The notes under the pieces were generated by a model. The model searched no databases and was not told the origin of the DNA. It saw only the letters and a list, made by a program, of their open reading frames with translations. This document shows positions 37,749 to 51,141 of a DNA stretch of 64,000 bases, in pieces (the first letter of the stretch is position 1; the number at the start of each line of letters is the position of its first letter). Source of the stretch: Paragordius varius (lineage: Eukaryota > Animalia > Nematomorpha). The position numbers and the translations under genes are program-made. The DNA lies in contig OZ176053.1 in the NCBI GenBank assembly GCA_964247055.1, positions 8,928,001 through 8,992,000 on the forward strand, read 5' to 3'.

Positions 37749-38389
37749 CCATTTGCACTACAAGAGGTCCTTGAAAATTTCAAGTTGGTCCTTGTTACTT
37801 GAACAGTTCAAGTTGGTCCTTGAACATTTCAAGTTGGTCCTTGAACACTTCAAGTTGGTCCTTTGACTTTTTTGTTTTGTTTTTAACTTTTATCAATCAA
37901 ATCGTAAATAATTTATCTATTTTATTGTTTTTAACCTATTTTCTATTATTTAACATAAATTTAAAATCGATATCAACTTTTAATCTTTGAGAAACCGTAT
38001 ACCTTTATTAATTTCTTTAAATAATTTTGGATATTTATAAAATTTTAACACGAAATGAAAAAAATATATAATTTTCTGGGTTATTAATTAAATTTTTTTA
38101 TTAAAAACATAAAAAAGTCAATAATTTTGTTTAATTGAAAAAAATAGTTTGAAACAAAAAAGTAATTTTTCAATAAAAAATTTTTATTTTTAAATGAATA
38201 ATATAATAAAGAAAATTAGGTTAATAAATAATAAAATAAAAAAATAAACGCAAAAATTATGGTTAAATCAAAATTTTTAAATTATTAGGACCAACTCGTT
38301 CGAGGACCAACTTGAAGTGTTCAAGGACCAACTTGAATTGTTCAAGGACCAACTTGAACTGTTCAAGGACCAACTTGAAGTGCAAATGG
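37749..38389. mobile_element. Foldback-like MITE (641 bp) with TIRs built from 21-bp tandem repeats
   Basis: TATATA|CCATTTGCACT ... AGTGCAAATGG|TATATA. The left arm has ~4-5 AAGTTGGTCCTTGAACANTTC units and the right arm has the reverse complement; AT-rich core. Confidence 0.85.
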
Positions 38390-38479
38390 TATATATGCAA
38401 TATGTTGTTTAATTACATAAACATTGATTAAAAATACAACAATCAAAACATTTCATACTTTACAAATTTTTAAAATATT

Positions 38480-39265
38480 TTACATTCCACACATCTTGCC
38501 ATCATTTATGTTGAATATATAATTGTCCTTTGGTTGTCTTTTCGCGAAAAAAACCGTGTGCAGGAAGGAGAAAGAAATGCCGAATCCGTGTAAATATAAT
38601 AATATTCTAAGAATTTTAAACAAATAACATATGACTATTCTATTATTTGGCAAACTTCGAGAAGAGTTAATCATTAAATGACTTTCGATACACTGCTCAA
38701 CAAGGTTTTGCACCACCCCATTATTTTTGCATTTTCTGATACCTAATGGCATGGAAAGGCCAAAACAAAAAAGAAAATTGAGGCCACCAATTGGATTTTC
38801 CCGAAATTTAATTTTTAAATTTGTATTTAATTTAAAAATAACAATCATTCCTCGTGTATATATGTTTAAATATTCAAACGAACAAGTCGATACAAGTAAT
38901 ATTCCATGCATGAATAACAAAATTCTAGCATTAATTAAGATACTAAACAAGCTAAGAGCCAAAGTATTAAAAATCTAAAAGGGGCTTATGTATAGTGTGA
39001 TAGATCCGGGCGGCTGCACAAGCTCTGCATATCCCCCAAGCGATCCAATTATGCCAGATATGTCAAAGATAACAATAAGTAATCGTAAAGCCCGATAAGA
39101 GAGACTTGCAAACAAAATCCAGGCAAAATGACATGTCAAATTAACCAATTCACAGAAAAAAGTTAGATAAATTCTACAATTAAATTGAATAAAAAGATTA
39201 GGTAAATACAAATGGTCCAATCCCATAATAGTAAATTCTACTAAAAGTGGCTACACAACATCCAT
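38480..39265 (-). pseudogene. Possible degenerate class-A GPCR-like multi-TM coding fragment
   Basis: Two same-frame ORFs (38975-39226 and 38480-38962) are separated by one TAG. Hydrophobic segments include CRIYLTFFCELVNLTCHFAWILFASLSYRAL (TM3/DRY-like) and ISPF*IFNTLALSLFSILINARILLFM (TM5-like). The family call is a weak resemblance only. Confidence 0.3.
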
Positions 39266-40029
39266 CTGAAATTAAAAATACAAAACAACCAATAATTTTA
39301 AAAAATAAAGTGTATCCACTAGGTATAAATAAAGGATTTTTTGTAAGAATCAACTCAAGAAAAAAAGCCTAATAAGTACTCGAAAGGACGAAAACTAACA
39401 AAAAACATATAGCCTATCTAAAAGCCGAAGGTTTAAACCATAGAATGCCTTTTTTAGTATTTTTTTAAAATTTTTTTATACGTATTAAAAATTCACTTGA
39501 AAGAAAAAGACTAAATTTTGACGTTTAAGTCCGTACTATTTTTTTTCTCTCTGATATTTAAATGACATATTTATATTCAAAAGATAGAGTTTAAAAGGCT
39601 TTATTAAATGATATTAAGTTTATAATATAATAACATTGTATTATAAAGTTATATTTAATTTTCTCTCGATTTTCTCTTGTTTTTGAAAAATTGAACCTTT
39701 AATATTTCAAAATTCTGATTGGCGGGATCAAAAAATTTTCACATTCGGTTTTAAAACACTGAAATTAGTCATAATTTAAAAGTTTGAGTGGTGGTGCTCA
39801 AAAATGTCCAAATTTGTCGACTAGTGTAATCAACACATAAAGAAATGAATAATCAAATTTAAAATTGTTATTTTGTAAAGTTAAATATTTCAAAATCAAA
39901 AACTCATTTGTATACTAAAATGTGTTAAAAAACTCCCTTACCTAATATCTTAACTCATTAAATATGGATATCTCATTTAAGAAAAAAAGCGGTGATTTGT
40001 TGATTGGAACTTCGTCCACTAAAAACAAT

Positions 40030-42480
40030 AAACGAAACGTACTCTTAGAGAAAATAGATATGTTTCATCATGAAGAAGCAAATTCGGGAACTATAATTGA
40101 GTTCACAATTTTGCGGACTAAATCAACCCCACCTTGGGTAAAACATAATTCTAAATCGGCAAAATACAGTCTAACCAAGGCAAGATGAAAGTCACAAAGC
40201 TTTAGATGGAAGTTTTGAAAACAGCCCATAACAAAAGTAGGTTTGATCAATCATGCAGAAGAAAATTCGGAAACTATGATTGAACCCACAATTTTGCGGA
40301 CTAAATTAACACCACCTTGGTTACTTAATTCAAAACAAAATACAGTCTTTCCAAGAATAGAGATAAAAGTCGCAAAGCTTTAGCGTGACATTTATTTCTG
40401 TTTGTCTTTGTAAGACTGTATTTGCCGATTTAGAATTAAGTTTTAACTCAGTTGGGGTTGATTTAGTCCGCAAAATTGTGGGAATCATAGTTTCCGAATT
40501 TGATTCTTCATGATTGATCAAACCTACTTTTGTTAGGACTACTGGGTTGTTTTCAAAAACTCCATCTAAGGCTTTGTGGCTTTATCTCTGTTTGCCTTTG
40601 GTAATAATGTATTTTGCCGATTTAGACCCAAGTTTTAGCCAAGGTGGTGTTGATTTAGTCTGCCAAATTGTCATGAAGATTTTGAAAACAACCCTCTAAG
40701 GAGTTTTTGAAAGCAAATAGTTCTAACAAAAGTTGGTTTGATCCGTCATGAAGAAGCTCATTCGGAAACTATGATTCAACTAACATTTTGCGGACTAGGT
40801 CAACCCCACCTTGGTTAAAACACAATTCTAAATCGGCTAAATACAGTCCTACAAAGGCAAGCAGAAAGTCACAAAGCTTTTAATGTAGTTTTTGAAAACA
40901 ACTTAGTAGTCCAACAAAAGTAGGTTTGATCAATCATGAAGAAGCAAATTCGGAAACTATGATTGAACCCACAATTTTGCGGACTAAATCAACCCCAACT
41001 GAGTTAAAACTTAATTCTAAATCGGCAAATACAGTCTTACAAAGACAAACAGAAATGAATGTCACACCAAAGCTTTGTGACTTTTATCTCTATTCTTGGA
41101 AACTGTATTTTGCTGATTTAGAATTAAATTACCAAGCTGGGGTTGATTTAGTCCGCAAAATTGTGGGTTTAATTATAGTTTCCGAATTTGCTTCTTCAAG
41201 ATTGATCAAACCTACTTTTGTTAGGACTACTGGGCTATTTTCAAAACTTCCATTAAGGCCTTTGTGATTTTCATCTCTGTTTACCTTTGTAATATTGTAT
41301 TTGCCGATTAAAATTAAGTTTTAACTCATTTGGGGTTGATTTAGTCCGCAAAATTGTGGGTTCAATCATAGTTTCCGAATTTGCTTCTTCATGATTGATC
41401 AAACCTACTTTTGTTAGGACTACTGGGTTGTTTTAATCCATCTAAGGCGTGACATTCACCTCTGTTTGCCTTTGTAAGACTATATTGCCGATTTAGAATT
41501 AGGTAACCAAGGTGGGGTTGATTTAGTCCGTAAAATTTTCAATCATAGTTTCCGAATTTGCTTCTTCATGATTGATCAAGCCTACTTTTGTTAGGACAAT
41601 GGGTTGTTTTCAAAAACTGCATCTAAGGCTTTGTGACATTCATCTCTGTTATTTGACGTAGAGTTCGCAAAATTGTGGGTTTCATAGTTTTTCAAATTCG
41701 CTTCTTGATGATGGATCAAACCTATTTTTGTTGGACTACTAGGTTGTTTTCAAAAACTATATCTAAAGCTTTGTGACTTTCTGTTTGCCTTTGTAGGACT
41801 GTATTTTGCCGATTTAGAAATATGTTTTAACCAAGGTGGGGTTGACCTAGTCCGCAAAATGTTAGTTGAATCATAGTTTCCGGATTAGCTTCTTCATGAT
41901 TGATCAAACCTACTTTTGTTAGAACTATTTGCTTTCAAAAACTCCTTAGAGGGTTGTTTTCAAAATCTTCATGACAATTTGGCAGACTAAATCAACACCA
42001 CCTTGGCTAAAACTTGGGTCTAAATCGGCAAAATACATTATTACCAAAGGCAAACAGAAATAAAGCCACAAAGCCTTAGATGGAGTTTTTGAAAACAACC
42101 CAGTAGTCCTAACAAAAGTAGGTTTGATCCATCATGAAGAACCAAATTCGGTAACTATGATTGAACCCACAATTTTGCGGACTAAATGAACCCCACCTTG
42201 GTTATATAATTCTAAATCGGCAATATACAGTCTTACAAAAGCAAACAGAGATGAATGTCACAAAGCCTTAGATGGAGATTTTGCAAACAACCCATTGTCC
42301 TAACAAAACTAGGTTTGATCAATCATGAAGAAGCAAATTCGGAAACTATGATTGAACCCACATTGCGGACTAAATCAGCCCCAACTGAGTTAAAACTTAA
42401 GTCTAAATCGGCAAAATATAGTTTTACCAAGGCAAACAGAGATATAAGTAAGAAAACCTTATATGGAATTTTTGAAAACC
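40030..42480. repeat. ~190-bp satellite-like array (~13 monomers) in alternating-orientation blocks
   Basis: Monomer AAAACAACCCAGTAGTCCTAACAAAAGTAGGTTTGATCAATCATGAAGAAGCAAATTCGGAAACTATGATTGAACCCACAATTTTGCGGACTAAATCAACCCCACC... Forward at ~40030-40380, 40670-41070 and 41985-42480; reverse at ~40380-40670 and 41075-41980. Confidence 0.92.
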
Positions 42481-44234
42481 CGAATCTAGTCATTAAAAAA
42501 GGATTTTATTTATAATAATAAACCGAAATCAAAATTAGTGTTCCAATTTTTCGGAATAATAACGCAAATTATTTAAGTAATTTTTTTTGACACGTAAGCG
42601 CTGGCAAAAAAAATGTTTTGATTGGGGAAGCCAGTGGCGAAAGTAAACACTTTTTTGAATTATTCAGATAAAAACCTTATTCTTAAAGCTAAAAGATAAT
42701 ATTAATACATAATGTATTAGGTGAATATTTTTTACTACACAAACCTTATCCTATATTTTTATTTGATCTTTGATTTTAGATTTTGCGTTGGATTGATAGG
42801 ACGTTGGAGGGAAAAGCACACATATATAATGAATGGTAGTTGTTTTACTTCTTTTGATAATTATCTTAATTAAACTATTTTATTGATTGGGTAAATGTTT
42901 GTATTGACTAGCATATTGATTGGGAATCGTTTCGATTAGCTTAAAATCGTGTTGTTTGATTGGGAATAACTGGAAAAACGCTTAGATTGACTGGGAAAAT
43001 CATTTTTAGTCTGGAAATGGATGGTCAGGATTAAAAATCTTAATTTTAAAAGATTGATGTAAATGCTGGCTGCTTGATTCTTTTCAATAACTGGCAAGAA
43101 ACGGTTACGTTGTTCCACTTGGATTTCGGTAAAGCGATCGCACACATTTTGATAGACCATATATATTAAATAATTCCATTATATTCCGAAAATGCTTTGG
43201 GCAATTGAACCCCCAGCGTGATGAAATGTAATATCAAAGCTCTAGTTTTATAATAAAATGGCATTTGTCCTTAAAAAACTGTTTTAAATATGAAATTTTT
43301 AATGTAAAAATATATTATGGATGTCCAAAAGTTCAAACTTGTAAAAAAAGATTATTTTAAAGGCCAATAACTTTTATCTAAAATTTAAAAAAACAAATTA
43401 AAATTTTTTGACTTCGAGAGTCTGACCCAAATATTTAATTAAGTTAATATAGTTCAAATAATTTTATTTTTTATCATAATCTGTTTTTATATAAAATTAT
43501 TTTCCCTAATTGAAAAAATCATGAATTTTTGCGGCAAAAAAATTGCAAAAAGGATTATGTAATTTTACATTTTACACAAAAAAATTTTTGGGATAATGCG
43601 TTGAAATCTTAGAATGTGTTTTAAAACTCTAATCATTAATATTTTTTTAAGATTTTATCTGTTAAAGAAAAACTTAAATTAAAGAATTACTTAACATATA
43701 AATATTGTAAGATATTATCTTGTTTTATGGTAAAATTATTTGGCATATATTTGTATCTTTGTCCAAATTTTGTAATAAGATACATAACAATAAGTTTATT
43801 ATTTATATAATTTAAAAACTTTTTCGATATTCATATGTTTCAAGGAATTTTAATAATATCACATTTCAAATACTGATATTGTTAATAAATAATTGATAAT
43901 CCTGTTTTTTGCAAAAATTGATAATTAATTAATATATAAATGGAAATATCTTTTGATAACTTAATTAACTTGGTTTTGGAATTGTCTTTAATTGAGTCAA
44001 TGTAATAAAATTTATTTTATCCTAATTGGTTAATATAATCTTGCTAATAAACTTAAAATGCTACTCTATATAACTATAATATAAATATAATTACCTTTAA
44101 AAATGTTTACCCTGAGGGCTTTGAGAAAATATTAATATCTTATTTAATTTTATTATTTTTTTTCGAAAAATATCTTTTGACGTTTCTTCAAAAGCTATGT
44201 GATACTTTTATACCGATTTAATATTCTCTTATGT

Positions 44235-47200
44235 ATGAAGACGGCAGTTCGCTATAAAAAGCATGAAATCGATTCAGGATGGGCTTGGTTTTCTATGGTT
44301 GGTACATTTATATCCTGCATGTTTGCTGGAGGTATGATCTTGGATTAAATTTACATATACACTTGGATATAAATATAAAATATTTTATGAAAGTTTAAAT
44401 TTATAATATCATATAAGTACATAATCGTTATAAAAAAATACAAATATTTTCCTACTATCCGTAGTTATTTTTAAGTTCAATCTTCATAAAATGCAAAGTC
44501 AGATATCAAAAAAAGTCAACAGTTGGAAGGCACCAGCTATATTTGCTTTTTAATAACATTTTTTCTATTGTGTGTAGCAATGTGGAAAAAACTTATGGGT
44601 TATTTAGGGCTTTACGTTAACAACTTAGTTTGATTTTTATAGAAGTGGGCATAGTATGTATGTAAATTTTATCTTTAAGTATTTAATGTTTAGAAGTAAT
44701 AAATAAAAAAATTTTTGCTATATTCAAAATTTTTTCTAAACGTGACAATCATTATCGCTTCAAAAATATTGAATTTCAGCACAAAAACACTTTTTATTTT
44801 GTTGGATTTAAAATAAAAGATAGATGGTTAGAAAATATAAAACCTCGAACTCATCATTTTTTAGTTAAACACGAAATGCAACAATAATGCAATTCTCTAC
44901 AAAATTGATTTTATCCGATTAAGGACTGTCTGTTAATTGCTTTGTTAAAGTTTCAATTATTATTATTTAAATTGTCACCCAAGTTTAGAAAACAATATTT
45001 TGATGGCTTCGATGGCTTCATATGATTTCACGGCTATTTGGCTTGATCTTTTTACATTTTAATTTTTAAATTACACCTTACTTTAATACATTATTAATTC
45101 CATAAATTACATAATAAAATTTGCATTAGCTACTCCATCGGTTTGTTAAATTAAATAATAAAAAAATAATCTTTAGCAAGGTTATCATTTTATTTAGGGA
45201 TAGCTTATTCTATGGGCGTGTATTATGCTATCTATGTCAAAATATACCCCAATCAAACAATCATTATTGGATTGTTGACAGGAATCCCAACATCTTTTAT
45301 ATTATTGTTTGGCCGGCTTGGGATTTTCATTGCTGAAAAATTTGGATATAGCCAGGTATTTTGCTTTTGCGACCATTTAAAACATATTCACTAATATAAA
45401 GTCTAGATAGGGATAGCATTTCCAATTCGGTTTCAGTAGTTATATGTTTCAGTAAACAATCTCACCATTTCTAAAAAATTAGTGGATTATATTTTATAAA
45501 AGATAAATGTTCTATTGCTCATTCGCAAAGTCTCACTCTATATCGTCAAAACCTTATCGGATATTGTTTTCTTTTTATCATTATTTACTATTATTGTGCT
45601 GACCAAGTCATGACCCAAACAATTGACCGGTCATGATGAGATCAGTGACTATTAATTTTTTGACTATGGTCATTAAAAAACAACTGTTTTTTCGAAAAAT
45701 TGCTAGTAATTTTTTTTGACTGGTAGCAAGATTTTACTGTTTTTTAATATATTTCAATAAATTAGCAAATATATTAATTAATCGATATTTAAATATGCTT
45801 ATTCAACTATATATTAAAAATTATTAAACATGCATCCTTATAACATTAGCATTTAAGCATATCCAGTTATTTCGAATAACAAAACAATCAAGTCTTGTGC
45901 AAAATATGCAATTACATATACGTGGACCAATAAAATGTAAAAACATTTTATATTTGGATATTAATTGCTGAAATGTAAAACAAACGTAAATTTTTTTGAA
46001 ATATCCAGTATAAAAGCTATGTACTTGAAGATTTAGAAGGCCACAAACATCTGGCCGAATTAGGGTTGTACATTTGACTGCTTTTTAAAAAAAGTCCGGT
46101 CAGACCCAGTCAGACCATGGTCATGACTACGGTCATGACTACGGTCATGACCACTTTTCATTTAAATAATTATCATGCGATATTGGATTGCGAAAATAAT
46201 GTTTGTACGACACTTGCGTTTCATTAATAATGTCATGTTTTTCTTAAAAGATTATATTATACATTTCTTTGATATTAATTAGGTACAAATATTATCAAAA
46301 ATTTAATCAAGAATTTTGTTTTCAAATAAATTTTGCTACATGTTTGTGGCCTTGTAAATATTCAAATATATAGCTTTTAATACTGGATATTTCAAATAAA
46401 ATTTTAATTCGTTTGTTTTACACTCTCTTTCATCATTGTATCCAATTATAAAATGTTTTTTTTATTTTATTGGTTCACATATATGGATTAATTGCACATT
46501 GTGCCAAGTGCTTGATTTTGTTTTTCGAAATAACTGGATATGGTTAAATGCTTATCTTATAACGATGCATGTTTACAATTTTATATTTTTAAATAAGCAT
46601 ATTTAAATATTTAATTTATATTTTTTAAAAAAATATAATAAAAAACAATAAAATCTTACTATTTCTCTTCCAAAAAAATCACCAACAATTTTTAAGAAAC
46701 AGCTGTTTTTCAAATGGTCGTGGTCAAAAAATAAATAGTCACTGACCTGGTCAATTGACTGGGTCATGACTTGGTGAGCACAACCCTCAGCCAAATTCAT
46801 TTGAAAAGAAAATTCTTGATTAAATTTGATTGTATATATTTATAAATAATAAATGTAAAAAAAATGTGTAATACAAACTTTTAAGAAAAAACATGAAATT
46901 GTTATGAAACGCATTCAGTATTTTTTTCACAATCTCCAATATTGCATGTGGCCATATGCACAACCCTATTTACTACCTTAATATTAAACAAATATTAATG
47001 TGTTAATACCATTTTAAAGGGCGTTTATAAAAGCCCCCCTGTAAATCCTTCCTTGTGATGAGCTTTTTTTAAATGAACACGACTCTACACTAATTACCTT
47101 GAGCTAATTATCATATTTTCCTATTTTTAACATATTTAACAAATACCTTAATATTTAATTTATAGTTCTTTGGGTTATCTTCCCACAAACTTGTTGGTTT

Positions 47201-47742
47201 GTAAGCATTTACCATCTTAATGATCCAAAAACGAAATTCTTTTTATTAATTTTTTAAATATTAAATTTTTTATATTTTATATATTATTTAATAAATTTCG
47301 TATTAATTTAAATTTTATGAACATCATTTATTTTATATTTTTAAAAGAGAGTCATGATGCTAATAATAATGGACCGTGTAATTTTCATACAATCAAGGTC
47401 ATTATCGGGAGAGGGGTTACTTGTATACATTTTTTTCTGATAAAACTGTTTAGCAAATATTTTGATTCACAATATATCTTTTATAAAATGAGTATGATGT
47501 AATTATATTTAACAAATAAGCGGACTTGTTCACAAAAAGTTTAATCATATTTCAAAAATGAAAATAAAAAACTATTGAATTAGTCGTTTATTGAGTTTTG
47601 TTGAATTCTAAACTGCTCTGATGGCGCCGTGCTATTTGAATCGAAGTGCTTTTTTTCTTCGTTTGGTGTTCGGTTTCTGAATTCAATCAACCCACACCAA
47701 ACTGTGTTATTAAAAATATTACCGAAAAATTCTAATAATGAA

Positions 47743-47780
<38 letters not shown>

Positions 47781-49577
47781 AAAAATTATAAAAATAGTAT
47801 TTTTTCAAACTAAATTAAAATCAATTCATTCACATCAAATTAAAAATCGCATGTTCTTGAATTTGAAAGAAGTTAAAATATATATGATTATTAAATTTAA
47901 AAATATATTTTAGCATGCGTGAAATTATTTATTTATATTCTTTTGCTAATCGGTCATTGTAATGGACAAATTCGGAAAGTTATACCAGTTATTTTAAAAT
48001 ATCCTAAATCCATCTAAAATGCTGTATTAAAAATCGTAGTTAGGAATATTCTCTTTTAAGTCTTTTAGAAAAGTGATTTTTTTTCTATAAGTGGTTCCTT
48101 TTCAAAGTCATTTACACGAAGCATTAAATAAGTTTGGGGCCTTGATATGACCATTGATTTAATACACATAGAACAGAAATAGTTTCATTTTTGTGAGAGT
48201 AAAAAATAAGATCAAAGACTAAAAGTCTCACAGTTACCTTGATCAACTTATTTATTTAGATATAGCATTAATAACTATTATTTTATATAGGTCATAATGA
48301 TTGGGACATCGATAATATCTATTGGATTTCTAGCTTCTTCCTTTGTTCAAAACAATCTAAGCATTCTATGTCTGACACAAGGGATTATGGTGGGATTCGG
48401 ATGCGGTCTAATTCTTACGCCCTCAATTTGTTCCATACCATTATCTTTTGATAAGTATCACTTGATTGCACATTCATTGGGCGTTAGCGGTATAGCTGTT
48501 GGATATGTAACATTTCCATTCATATATGATAGGCTCATAGCCATATATGGCATTGCGAATTCCCTTTTTATATGTAGCGCTATAAGCCTGCACCTTCTTG
48601 TTACAGCCGTTCTTTTCAAGAACTTAAAACGTAACCCAGATCAAACCGATGTTAATTTGACAAGCATGAATACATTTGAAATGAGTAAAGAGAGTATACT
48701 TGCAATAAGCGACAATTTGAGTGGAATAAAAAGCATTCCTCAAGCAACTGAAAATAGCAAGGATAATTTGGAAAATATAGAGCAACAAGGTACCTGTTTT
48801 CAAACTTTAACATACAATAAGATATATTTGTTAACGATGAAACGTTGCACAAGAACACACATTGTAACATTATGCTATATATTTTTTGCTTTTTTGGAAC
48901 AAGCCGCTACCACCATAATAACTATAATGATATCAGCATACTCTCAATCTCTTGGACTTTCAATAACACAAAGTTCGCTAATGATATCTTTGCTAGGAAT
49001 TGGTGATTTGACAGGATCTCTCCTGATTTCAGCTATTGGTATTTTATTTGCTGATACTAAAAGGCGTAATAGCATACATCCAAATTTGCAAGCCGATACA
49101 AGCGTAGAGACCGTCAACAAAAGCAAAATACTGCATGTCAAACAAATCGAAAATCAAATTAAAATTGTCCTTAAATTTTTTGTGGTTCAACGTTTTCCCT
49201 ATTATCAATACGTTTATCCATTGACTATATTTCTGCATGCCCTATTTAGTTTATGTTATTTGATAGTGTTTTCCTCGCGTCGTGTGACTTTTATATTCCT
49301 GTGTTGTTTAAATTACTTGTATGGTGCGACTTACGGAATACGATTGGCACTACAATCCAAATATATTTCTGCCATTTGGGGAATCAAGGAATTTAATCAC
49401 ATCTTTGGTTTGTATTCATTCGGTGCTGGTATTGGGGCTATCCTAGTCATTCCACTCACGACTTGGATAAATATGATTTTTGGTGATATAAAATATTCTT
49501 TTTATCTAATGGCTGTGATATTTGGCATTTGTGTGTTATTTTTACTCATCATATTTAAATTAAAGAAAAATTTGTAA
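44235..49577 (+). CDS. SLC16/monocarboxylate-transporter-like MFS protein, paralogue 2 (3 exons, ~513 aa)
   Basis: Exons 44235-44331 (MKTAVRYKKHEIDSGWAWFSMVGTFISCMFAG), 45198-45355 and 48291-49577 join in frame; QGIMVGFGCGLILTP motif. Same intron phases (1, 0) and the same 158-nt exon 2 as paralogue 1. Confidence 0.87.
45586..46968 (-). mobile_element. Older TAGGGTTGTGC-family hAT MITE (outer copy), interrupted by a sister copy
   Basis: Segments 45590-46060 and 46797-46968 are the reverse complement of the family consensus and join across the insertion; right terminus GCACAACCCTA at 46958-46968, left terminus eroded. Confidence 0.72.
46061..46788 (+). mobile_element. TAGGGTTGTGC-family hAT MITE (inner copy, 728 bp)
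   Basis: Termini TAGGGTTGTAC / GCACAACCCTC, homologous to 17186-17725; imperfect TSD GGCCGAAT / AGCCAAAT (6/8). Confidence 0.82.
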
Positions 49578-51141
49578 ATACATACTATATTAAGTTTGTA
49601 TAACGGTATGTAATAAAATAAATTGGTGACATATCCAGATTTAAATTTATATATCAAAAATCGCGGACATACTTTGTTTGATTGATCTTTCCTTACTCGA
49701 TAGAAACTTTTGCTTCGAAAGATTTCGATTATTTGCAAACCCATCTATTTTAAGCTTTCTTTTAGGCCTCCTCACAGCCATTTTTCATCGCCGAGAGTAA
49801 TTATCATTTCTTAAAATGTGTCCCACGAAGCCTATCTTGCTAAATACATTTGTCAACATGGCTACATAACTAAAAAAATATCTCTCAATAAAGCAATTAA
49901 AAAAACAAACACCGAAGAAATCGTGTTGCGCAAATTTTTAAGGGTCTATTGTTTTTGGCATACTTTTTTACATTTCTCAACAAATTATTTAAATAAACAA
50001 CTTTTATTATCATTTATATGCTATTTAGTTCTTTTAAAAATTTATGGAATCTACTATCATCGCGGCCTTTTCTGAAAGTTTATTCGTGTTAAATGCCTTC
50101 TTTCATTAATTAGATAGGTGCTTCATAATGAACTTGTATTTATATGAATAAATATATAGATTTGGTTAATAATCTTTAATATCAATAAATGAGGTGATTA
50201 AATATCTATATAATAATAAAAAATTATATTGAAATTAGTATAATGAATTATTTAATAAACTGAGGAACAAAAAAATATCATCCTAATTATATAATCAAAG
50301 GATACGGTCATCAATTGTAATGTTAGGAAGAAAAAATATAATAATAATACTGCGTCCGTAATCCGGGGCAAAAAAATTGCCTGGGGAAATGAATATATTC
50401 TGATAAGAAAATGCAGAATTATTATAGTGCTTTTGGTTTTTGCCCATACAAGTGGTTTAAAAAAGTTATTTAAACTTTGTGGTAACTACTCCATATCAGA
50501 AAATAGCAAAATTAATTTTGTTAACTAAATTTTTTTGGGGGGAATGCTAAATGCTTATATCCAAAATTGCATATAAGAAAACATACTTTTAAATAATTCT
50601 TAGATGCAGGCCGTAAAAGTCCCAAACATTTTTGCCCTTCTAAAATGGACTAATTTTTTTAAAATAAAGGTAAAAATGCTGAGATTCCGCTTTTAAAATT
50701 TTAAATATATGCTATTATTGATATCGATATTTTGAACAATTTAATTTAACAAATTTTGTTAAAACGTGTTTCATATTTATGCACAATCTGTATAAAAACA
50801 CTTTGAGATGTTAAACACTTTTTCCATTTAATTAAACGATGCCGAACAATTCTCTCACCTCAGAATTTTAATTTAACATTTCATGACCTTTTAAGGATAG
50901 TTTTATACCACATCATTTGAATATTAAATTCTTGAAAAATATTTTTTGTATTGGGTTAACTTAAAAATATGATTTCTTTATCATTTTTTACACATAATAC
51001 AATATTAAACAAAAGTTTATAATAATCTCATTAACTTTTCGCCACTGGGGTAATTGGCTAACCCAGGTTATTTAAAATGATATAATCAGATATTTCTTAA
51101 GATAGGTACCCTTATGTTTTAATATTAATAATTTTTTTTAA

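Noticed and set aside
37799-37990. ORF with SSWSLN repeats
   Set aside because: A by-product of the 21-bp TIR repeats of the foldback-like MITE.
39964-42515. Family of short ORFs (MINHEEANSETMIEPTILRTKSTP...) as a repeat-protein gene cluster
   Set aside because: They are translations of satellite monomers in both orientations with frequent frameshifts, and there is no splice or codon evidence.
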